This document shows, in pieces, positions 1 to 8,850 of a stretch of DNA of 19,068 nucleotides. The position numbers and the translations under genes were made by a program. This DNA comes from Octopus sinensis. Lineage: Eukaryota. Below the pieces are notes generated by a model that was not told the origin of the DNA, made no database searches, and worked only from the letters and a program-made list of their open reading frames with translations. The DNA is taken from the NCBI RefSeq assembly GCF_006345805.1, contig NW_021824437.1:1-19068 (forward strand). The letters are read 5' to 3'. The stretch's first letter is position 1. Each line of letters begins with the position of its first letter.

Positions 1-17
1 CCTAGCAAAGTTACAGG

Positions 18-899
18 AAGTGTATGGAGAGGAGTCTATGAGCCGCACAGAAAGTGTATGGAGAGGAGTATTTGAGCCGCACAGAAAGTGTATGGAGAGG
101 AGTATATGAGCCGCACAGAAAGTGTATGGAGAGGGGTACATGAGCCGCATAGAAAGTGTATGGAGAGGGGTACATGAGCTGCATAGAAAGTGTATGGAGA
201 GGAGTATATGAGCCGCACAGAAAGTGTATGGAGAGGAGTATATGAGCCGCACAGAAAGTGTATGGAGAGGAGTATATGAGCCGCACAGAAAGTGTATAGA
301 GAGGAGTATATGAGCCGCACAGAAAGTGTATGGAGAGGAGTACATGAGCCGCACAGAAAGTGTATGGAGAGGATTATATGAGCCGCATAGAAAGTGTATG
401 GAGAGGAGTACATGAGCCGCACAGAAAGTGTATGGAGAGGAGTATATGAGCCGCACAGAAAGTGTATGGAGAGGAGTATATGAGCCGCACAGAAAGTGTA
501 TGGAGAGGAGCACATGAGCACACGCAAGTGTATCAGAAGCCTATGCAAAGTTACAGGAAGTGTATGGAGAGGAGTATATGAGCCGCACAGAAAGTGTATG
601 GAGAGGAGTACATGAGCCGCACAGAAAGTGTATGGAGAGGAGTATATGAGCCGCACAGAAAGTGTATGGAGAGGAGCACATGAGCACACGCAAGTGTATC
701 AGAAGCCTATGCAAAGTTATAGGAAGTGTATGGAGAGGAGTATATGAGCCGCACAGAAAGTGTATGGAGAGGAGTACATAAGCCGCACAGAAAGTGTATG
801 GAGAGGAGTATATGAGCCGCACAGAAAGTGTATGGAGAGGAGTATATGAGCCGCACAGAAAGTGTATGGAGAGGAGCACATGAGCACACTCAAGTGTAT
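18..899 (+). repeat. 34-bp minisatellite (AAGTGTATGGAGAGGAGTATATGAGCCGCACAGA) in three higher-order blocks
   Basis: Period 34 read directly (AGCCGC at 41 and 75). Blocks start at 18, 558 and 724 and hold 14, 3 and 4 units, each closed by a 32-bp variant (508=14x34+32; 134=3x34+32; 168=4x34+32). Confidence 0.97.
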
Positions 900-900
900 C

Positions 901-1216
901 AGACGTTTCAAAGATGGTCGAATAAATGTCGATATTTAAGTTTCTGGGAGACGCGTAACCAGCAGAATTGAGAAAAATATCGTAGAGGTGCGTGCAGCTG
1001 TAAGAGGTAATCGCCGAATCACCATCCGTGAGTTATCAGAGGATGTGCAGATTAGTTACGGTTCAGTTCAATCGATTATTGCTGGAGATTTGGATGTTAG
1101 ACGCGTGTCTGCCATTTTTGTGCAAAATTTGTTTTCAGCTGACCAAAAAGTCATTCGGGTTTCAGTTGTGCAAGGTCTCCTTGATTGTGTCCACAACGAT
1201 GAAAACCCTTCGAAAA
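901..1216 (+). pseudogene. Mariner transposase fragment (HTH DNA-binding region through WVPxxL-equivalent linker), decayed
   Basis: RRFKDGRINVDI*VSGRRVTSRIEKNIVEVRAAVRGNRRITIRELSEDVQISYGSVQSIIAGDLDVRRVSAIFVQNLFSADQKVIRVSVVQGLLDCVHNDENPSK resembles mariner N-termini (RRITxRELxE..xISxGSVxxI; RRVSAKFVPxLL). In-frame stop; ends just before the first catalytic Asp motif. Confidence 0.9.
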
Positions 1217-1509
1217 TTTTACGTAGGCTTCTGACCAGGTATCGCCAAGCTTTTACCAAAATTTCCTGCAGATTCTAAGCTTAAATTTCTCTAACATTGA
1301 CAATGCGACAATCACACGCCACACACCTTCCTTCCAAGCACTGCTGTGAACAGCGGAAGTGAGATAGAACGTTAAACCTCAGTGCGCATGCACAGCAGAG
1401 TTCAAGGTCAATCTGTGCCAAGCGGCTTTACCCTATGTGGCTTAGCTTCGTTACTATAACAACAGCCCGGATATTTATTGATATCCTTTACGTCAGCCAC
1501 GTATTTACC

Positions 1510-1850
1510 CATTTCTTTACTACCCACAAGGGGCTAAACACAGAGAGGACAAACAAGGACAGACAAACGGATACTTAATTTATTGACCCCGAAAGGATGA
1601 AAGGCAAAGTCGACCTCGGGGAATTTGAACTCAGAACATAAAGATAGACGAAATACCTATTTATTTACTACCCACAAGGGGCTAAACACAGAGAGGACAA
1701 ACAAGGACAGACAAACGGATACTTAATTTATTGACCCCGAAAGGATGAAAAGCAAAGTCGACCTCGGCGGAATTTGAACTCAGAACGTAGCGGCAGACGA
1801 AATACTGATAAGCATTTCGCCCGGCGTGCTAACGTTTCTGCCAGCTCGCC
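1510..1850 (-). mobile_element. tRNA-derived SINE family A, one head plus two tandem bodies
   Basis: Minus-strand head GGCGAGCTGGCAGAAACGTTAGC (A-box-like) and GAGTTCAAATTCC (B box). Two 148-bp bodies (1510-1657, 1658-1805), homologous to the array at 7444-8208 but with a 35-bp deletion. Confidence 0.9.
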
Positions 1851-2154
1851 GTAGTTACCGTAAAGTAAAACAACGTGTATGATGGCAAAGCCGGACTGTC
1901 GTGGAAACCGCACAGCTGTCTTTTGTACGCAAGAGTCCACTACCAATTCCGGATTTAATATTCAAAGCCGCAAGATACGGATATATAACCGAAAAAAATT
2001 ATACGAATATTACGTAATTCTTAAATACATACGAGAGAACTTTCCTGCGCGGTGTTATAAAATATTAAAGAGTTCTCTCAAAAACGATATAAGAAATTCA
2101 CGACAATATGGCGTGTGAATGCATCGAGAAGAAGCACAATTATGCCCAAGGAAT

Positions 2155-2193
<39 letters not shown>

Positions 2194-2641
2194 TGTGTGT
2201 GTGTGAGAGTGTGTGTGTGAAAGTGTGTGTGTGAAAGTGTGTGTGTGAGTGTGTGTGTGAGAGTGTGTGTGTGAGAGTGTGTGTGTGAGAGGTGTGTGTG
2301 TGAGTTGTGTGTGTGAGTGTGTGTGTTGTGAGTGTGTGTGAGTGGTGTGTGTGAGTGGTGAGTGTGAGTGTGTGTGTGAGTGTGTGTGTGAGTGTGTGTG
2401 TGAGTGTGTGTGTGAGTGTGTGTGTGAGTGTGTGTGTGAGTGTGTGTGTGAGTGTGTGTGTGTGTGAGTGTGTGTGTTGTGTGTGTGTGAGTGTGTGTGA
2501 GTGTGTGTGTGTGTGAGTGTGTGTGTGAGTGTGTGTGAGTGTGTATGTGTGTGAGTGTGAGTGTGTGTGTGAGTGTGTGTGAGTGTGTGTGTGAGTGTGT
2601 GTGTGAGTGTGTGTGTGAGTGGTGTGTGTGTGTGAGTGTGT

Positions 2642-2675
<34 letters not shown>

Positions 2676-3023
2676 GTGTGTGTGTGAGTGTGTGTGTGAG
2701 TGTGTGTGTGAGTGTGTGTGTGAGTGTGTGTGTGAGTGGTGTGTGTGAGTGTGTGTGTGAGTGGGTGGTGAGTGTGTGTGTGTGTGAGTGTGTGTGGTGG
2801 TTGTGTGTGTGGTGTGTGTGTGAGTGTGTGTGTGTGTGAGTGTGTGTGAGTGTGTGTGTGTGTGTTTCAGTGTGTGTGTGTGAGTGTGTGTGTGTGAGTG
2901 TGTGAGTGTGTGTGTGTGAGTGTGTGTGTGTTTGAGTGTGTGTGTGTTTGAGTGTGTGCCAGTGTGTGAGTGTGTGTGTGTGTTTGAGTGTGTGTGTTTT
3001 TTTAGTGTGTGCCAGTGTGTGTG

Positions 3024-3059
<36 letters not shown>

Positions 3060-3066
3060 AGTGTGT
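2155..3066. repeat. ~900-bp (GT)n microsatellite interrupted by GA, dominant unit GTGTGTGTGA
   Basis: Read directly. Source of the poly-HT and poly-CV ORFs. Confidence 0.97.
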
Positions 3067-3319
3067 AAGTACATATATGTTCGCATATATCTCGAAACAT
3101 GCATAAATTAATGCGTGCATACATAAATACAGAGAAATACACATACACATACATACGCATCGATGAAAATATGCATACATACATATACATTATGTGTGTG
3201 TGTGTGTGTATGCACGAGCTTGTGTGTGTATGTAATTCATTGAGGAACTATGCAAAAAATTTATAAGTACCTGTTTAAGGTAATATAACGATAGCTAATT
3301 AGTAAATTGTATTTACACG

Positions 3320-3406
3320 CACACACACACATATATATACACATACATACATACCTATTTACATATATACATTCACACACACATATGTATCCATATGTAA
3401 TCTGTA

Positions 3407-3450
<44 letters not shown>

Positions 3451-3683
3451 ATAATATATATATATTCTGTTACATGTGTGATGTATATATATTATGTATA
3501 TATATATAGTATGTATATATATATATATGTATTATATATATATATATCTATATTATATATGTATACATGTGTTGTATGTATATATATATGTATATATATA
3601 GTATGTATATTATAGAATATATGTATGTTTGATATATATATGTATATATATTACATGTATATATATATATTATCTATGTATGA

Positions 3684-3714
<31 letters not shown>

Positions 3715-3803
3715 TATGATAGGTATATATATATAATGTATATATATATATGTATTATATATGATATGTATATGTATTATTATATATATATGTATATGTA
3801 TTG

Positions 3804-3834
<31 letters not shown>

Positions 3835-3845
3835 TGTGTGTATTG
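3320..3845. repeat. Degenerate (TA)n / (TATG) / (CATA) microsatellite
   Basis: Read directly. Confidence 0.9.
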
Positions 3846-4031
3846 ACATAATGCCCGTATGAGCATGTGCGTTTTCATATTTCCTGCGTATATATGCAAA
3901 TTATTGACGAACATATGCACATACATGCGTATTATAATCAATTCTTATTCATTAACGTATATATTTTATATACACATTTATATAATTCAGACATATACAT
4001 ACATTTAAATCTATCTGTCTATATCTGGCAA

Positions 4032-4466
4032 AGGATTGGCCTTGTGGTAAGTAGCTTGTTTACCACCCACATGGTTCCTGGTTCAGTCCACACTGCGTGA
4101 CCTTGGGCAAGTGTCTTCTACTATAGCCTCGGGCTGACCAAAGCCTTGTGAGTGGATTTGGTAGACGGAAATGATAGAATCCCGTCGTGTATATATATTA
4201 TATATATATATATATATATTATATTATATATATATAATATATTATATATTAAGTGTCTGTTTGTGTCTGTGTTTGTCCCCCTAGCATTGCTTGACACCGA
4301 TGCTGGTGTGTTTTTGTCCCCGTTACTTAGCGGTTCGGCAAAAGAGACGATAGAATAAGTACTGGGCTTACAAAAGAATAAGTCCCGGGGTCGAGTTGCT
4401 CGATTAAAGGCGGTGCTCCAGCATGGCCGCAGTCAAATGACTGAAACAAGTAAAAGAGTAAGAGTA
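4032..4466 (+). mobile_element. tRNA-derived CORE-like SINE family B, full length, with internal (TA)n
   Basis: A-box-like TGGCCTTGTGGT and B-box-like GGTTCAGTCC. GTGACCTTGGGCAAGT (4097-4112) matches the MIR/CORE motif. (TA)n at ~4189-4250, then a conserved 3' half ending in GTAAAAGAGTAAGAGT. Homologous to 10737-11163 and 14749-15143. Confidence 0.9.
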
Positions 4467-4470
4467 TGTA

Positions 4471-4517
<47 letters not shown>

Positions 4518-4526
4518 CACACACAC

Positions 4527-4560
<34 letters not shown>

Positions 4561-4624
4561 TATATTATATATATATACACACACACACACATATATATAT
4601 ATATATTATACACCACACACACAC

Positions 4625-4657
<33 letters not shown>

Positions 4658-4715
4658 TATATATTATATATGATACACACACACACATATATATATATAT
4701 AATATATATAAATAT
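4467..4715. repeat. Compound (TA)n(CA)n repeat with ~30-bp super-period
   Basis: Alternating TA and CA runs repeated about seven times, directly after the SINE tail. Confidence 0.85.
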
Positions 4716-4879
4716 ACAATGCAGGTGGTGCACTGGTTGTTTTGTTCCTCCTCCTCGTTTCTACAGAGACGCTGATGCCGCTCTATATTATGTTAAAGAT
4801 GTATTGAGCACTTCCATACAGAAATGCCTCTTACACGACTACAATAACGCCGGACACATATCTATCTACTGCTTCATGT

Positions 4880-4903
4880 GCACACACACAAACACGTACA
4901 TTT

Positions 4904-4939
<36 letters not shown>

Positions 4940-5252
4940 GCACACATACATTATATACTATTTATGAATTATATATGTATGCATACACATGTGCGTGTAT
5001 GTACATGAATGGTCACACATACACACGTATATGAGTATATATTTATTTATGTACATTTATCTCTATGTAACAGTCAGTGTATATATGGGTTTAGGCCTAT
5101 ATATATATATATATATAAACTGATATATGTGCGTGTGAGCGCATGTAAGTGGTTCGTCTCTAAATATAGGCGTATACCTATGTAAATATATATATATATA
5201 TATAGGTGCACATATTTTTCAATAAACATCACTGTATACACATGTATGTGTG

Positions 5253-5292
<40 letters not shown>

Positions 5293-5590
5293 TATATATA
5301 TATGTATAGTGCATATACATGTATACACAGACACACACACATTTGTATATAAACACGCACGTAACTATATACATCTCTTTGGATACATATATATGTGTGT
5401 ATATGTGTGTGTGTATATATGTATACATAGATTAATTTGTGCAAATACGTATGTATATATACATATATAAATATCTATACTTATGTACATGTACTCAGTC
5501 CTATATATATATATATACACATACAGACATACGTATATATCAACATTCCTGTGTACGTATATTACACTTATGTATACATATATGTATTAA
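4880..5590. repeat. Patchy (CA)n/(TA)n/(TG)n low-complexity region
   Basis: Read directly. Confidence 0.8.
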
Positions 5591-5620
5591 TGTGTAGGTA
5601 CATGGCAGAAGGGTGATTAT

Positions 5621-5830
5621 GTGTATATCGATTTCCCCCTCCTGTGTTACTTTCATTCACTGTCATCTCCTTCATTCCACTTCATTCATCTTTATTCCTT
5701 TCTACCATATGTTGTTCTCTCTTTATTTTCCGGTTCCCCACCCTTTCACTATTTTCTTTGTTACATTCTTTTTTCCTTTTTTTTATTGTATTTTCCACTT
5801 TGCTTTTCCCTCTACTTTCTCATTCAGCTT
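5621..5830 (+). other. Pyrimidine-rich low-complexity tract
   Basis: Strong T/C bias on the + strand for ~200 bp. The F/S/L-rich ORFs here are compositional. Confidence 0.7.
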
Positions 5831-6060
5831 CACCGTAGGGGATTTTCCTTGTATTTTGGTGACAAGAATCAGGGTGTTGCATTGCTAATATCTAACCTTT
5901 GAACCCAATATCTTATTCTGTTTAGCAATTCTCCAGCATTTTCATCCATATTTTTCACTTTTTATCTTGTCAGTATAAAGTTATGTTACGAAAAAGAGCA
6001 GAGAGTCGGTGCAGAGCGGCGTGCGAGACTCAAAGATGAAAATCTCTATAGAAAATATAC

Positions 6061-6109
6061 TACGTCAAAATGGCGACCGTTCTTTTGTTGCAGACGACAA
6101 TGACGTCAT
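6061..6109 (+). promoter_or_regulatory. Candidate regulatory cluster: CRE half-site, YY1-like site, full CRE palindrome within a CpG-dense patch
   Basis: TACGTCA 6061-6067, CAAAATGGCG 6066-6075, ATGACGTCAT 6100-6109; about 15 CpGs in 5985-6150. Motif matches only. Confidence 0.3.
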
Positions 6110-6239
6110 GCAGAGTCTGGTCGAGTCGAGCGCTTTTCACGAAAACGAAATGGGTATTGTTGCCTTTGAGTCTAAAGCAACGGCTTCAGAAAACAATTTT
6201 CAAGAAAGATATATGTTCAGTGATCACGCATAACCAACA

Positions 6240-6316
6240 CACGCAGACATACACACAAACATTCATACACATACTCGGATGTATATGTATACATATAAGC
6301 ATAAAATTATATATAC

Positions 6317-6347
<31 letters not shown>

Positions 6348-6860
6348 CATACATATACATACGTAATACATGTATGTATATATATATATGAATACATGAA
6401 TACGTACATATATATGAATACATGTGTGTGTTTAGTTTCACACATATATTAGACTAATTTAAACAATGTATTAAACATATATATATACACACATACCTAT
6501 ACACACATAGCTATTAATATATATATATATATATACTATATATACATATATATATATCATACATATATATACATATATATGTATGTATGTATCAGTAATA
6601 ATATAGCTATTAATCTATAAAATTTCTATTTGGATAAATATACATACATGCATATCTATATATATATATATATATATATAATGAACATATGTAGACATAC
6701 ACAAAAATAATTACCTCTATGGTATGGATATTATACAGACAAACACATACATACACACACAATATATTCATATATATATTCATATATATATATATATATT
6801 TATGTATATATATATATATGTTCATATAGATCTATACACGTGTATACAACTATGTACATG
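6240..6860. repeat. Patchy (TA)n/(CATA)n microsatellite region
   Basis: Read directly. Confidence 0.85.
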
Positions 6861-6991
6861 CGCTGAACGACACAGGTCTCCTTACGCAACATACACACAC
6901 ATCCTACCATATACAAACTGACATCAAACGTTCATCCTATAACGTAAAGACACTCACAAAATACCCAACAGATCTTTACAGAAACCAGTCC

Positions 6992-7132
6992 TCAGATCAA
7001 TCCTAACCCCCCCCCTCTCGCGAAAATAAAACTGAAATCTCCCACGTCACTCAGAGCACCATAACCAATGCTGTCACCATTGTACCAATCGTTATCCGAT
7101 ATCTGGTTCTCTTCAGCTTCTTTTTTCTTTTG
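6992..7132 (-). other. Candidate coding exon (unconfirmed)
   Basis: Minus-strand acceptor TCTAACTTGCCCTTGGCAG (CTAAC branch point, AG at 7134-7133), then QKKKEAEENQISDNDWYNGDSIGYGALSDVGDFSFIFARGGGLGLI*. The frame is stop-free for 87 codons (7255-6995). No homology recognised. Confidence 0.2.
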
Positions 7133-7310
7133 CTGCCAAGGGCAAGTTAGATAATTTCTATGATGAGCTAACGTGAACCAGTGAGATATCGGCGCAATCT
7201 TTTGACCAGTGTAAGGTTGTATCGGATTTTGTTTTCCTTCGATGTATTGTATTCTTCAACGTCGCAGAAATGCGCACTAAGGTCACAAAAGCGCTACAGA
7301 TTCTTCATTG

Positions 7311-7344
<34 letters not shown>

Positions 7345-7443
7345 TATATTTATATATGTGTATATACTAGACGTAAGTTTCATAAAATACGAAATATAAA
7401 TATCCACACTACCACACTTGAAATGTATCTCTCTCTATATATA

Positions 7444-8208
7444 TATTTCTTTATTGCCCAGAAGGGGCTAAACACAGAGGGGACAAACAAGGACAGACAA
7501 ACGGATTAAGTCGATAATATCGACCCCAGTGCGAAACTGGTACTTAATTTATCGACCCCGAAAGGATGAAAAGCAAAGTCGACCTCGTCGGGATTTGAAC
7601 TCAGAACGTAGCGGCAGACGAAATACCTATTTCTTTACTACCCACAAGGGGCTAAACAAGGACAGACAAACGGATTAAGTCGATTATATCGACCCCAATG
7701 CGAAACTGGTACTTAATTTATCGACGCCGAAAGGATGAAAGGCAAAGTCGACCTCGTCGGATTTTGAACTCAAAACGTAGCGGCAGAGGAAATACCTATT
7801 TCTTTACTACCCACAAGGGGCTAAACATAGAGACGACAAACAAGGACAGACAAACGGATTAAGTTGAGTATATCGATCCCAGTGTATAACTGGTACTTAA
7901 TTTATCGACCCCGAAAGGATGAAAGGCAAACTCGACCTCGTCGGAATTTGAACTCAAAACGTAGCGGCAGAGGAAATACCTATTTCTTTATTACCCACAA
8001 AGGGCTAAACACAGAGGGGACAAACAAGGACAGACAAACGGATTAAGTCGATTACATCGAACCCAGTGCGAAACTGGTACTTAATTTATCGACCCCGAAA
8101 GGATGAAAGGCAAAGTTTACCTCGGCAGAATTTGAACTCGGAACGTAACGACAGACGAAATACGGCTACGCATTTCGCCCGGCGTGCTAACGTTTCTGCC
8201 AGCTCGCC
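7444..8208 (-). mobile_element. tRNA-derived SINE family A, one head plus four tandem bodies
   Basis: Head 8164-8208. Bodies at 7444-7627 (184 bp), 7628-7796 (169 bp, 15-bp deletion), 7797-7980 (184 bp) and 7981-8163 (183 bp), each with a B box. All junctions read GAAATACC|TATTTC. Confidence 0.93.
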
Positions 8209-8564
8209 GACTTTTCTCAATATATATAAACGGTTCATCTCTGTATATATATAAACAACAAAATGTCTGTGCGTGTCCTTTATACAAATCCACAATTTTT
8301 CAGTGAGAGGGCTCGCACTTTCTATGGTCATTCAAAACCGTCCAAGGGTGGTCGTGCACATCTTTACATTTCCCCAGTCACCCAACAAAGCCATTAAAAA
8401 CAATCAATAGAAGTGACTTTTTTGTAAATTTTCTATCCAAAACCCAATCAAAATGCCCGAAACTTGATACGCCAATTAAATGCCAGCTAGCTGTATGTGA
8501 TTGGTCGAAGATTTGAACAGTACTCGCGTGTATGTGCGCACGCACGCAGCTGTATATGCATGCA

Positions 8565-8592
8565 CTAGCACTATAACCCGGCGTTGCCGTGT
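8565..8592 (-). mobile_element. Helitron 3' terminus (hairpin + CTAG|T); 5' end not located
   Basis: CTAGCACTATAACCCGGCGTTGC is 20/23 identical to the end of the intact Helitron at 16206. Hairpin CGGC-GTT-GCCG; host T follows CTAG on the minus strand. Confidence 0.7.
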
Positions 8593-8850
8593 CATAATGC
8601 TGGTCTATTATAAATCTTTATCTCGATTTATATGTACGAGAAGGTATTTGGAATGCTCAAACTTATTTCCGAAAATGTGCTAAGCACTGGTGCTAATCAT
8701 ATTTCAATCAATAAGTGTAGGCGCGAGGTAAATACAGCAAATATAGGTGGAGAGCGGTGGGGGCCCCATTTAAGTGACCCTTCAAATTTCAAACTTCTTA
8801 CGATATTCCTTGGGGTTTCATGGTATGAGTTTCATTGTCATTGCTTCGAT

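Larger units (their letters stand above)
1..1501 (+). mobile_element. Non-autonomous mariner (Tc1/mariner) copy 1, left end outside window; transposase N-terminal fragment followed by an inverted copy of the element's left arm
   Basis: Transposase-like translation at 901-1216. 1217-1501 is the reverse complement of the left end seen in + orientation at 17818-18094. Ends ...CAGCCACG followed by TA (1502-1503), matching copy 2 (...GATCACG|TA, 11828) and copy 3 (TA|CGTCGTCAGATCAATAA). Confidence 0.9.

Noticed and set aside
18-899. Regular 34-bp repeats resembling a CRISPR array
   Set aside because: Units are contiguous with no unique spacers, derive from mariner coding sequence, and the context is eukaryotic with no cas genes.
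11-911. Minus-strand ORFs of 60-217 aa (SSPYTFCAAH repeats)
   Set aside because: They are translations of the 34-bp tandem repeat cycling through frames.
2055-3104. 349-aa His/Thr-rich ORF
   Set aside because: It is a (CA)n microsatellite translation; such repeats lack stop codons.
6039-6060. ISIENIL resembling the eh1 repression motif (FSIxxIL)
   Set aside because: It lacks the key Phe, the frame is closed by TAA at 5976, and no homeobox or other supporting domain is seen.
8128-8208. tRNA-like A and B boxes as a real tRNA gene
   Set aside because: No canonical cloverleaf or anticodon arm; they are contiguous with a repeated SINE body.
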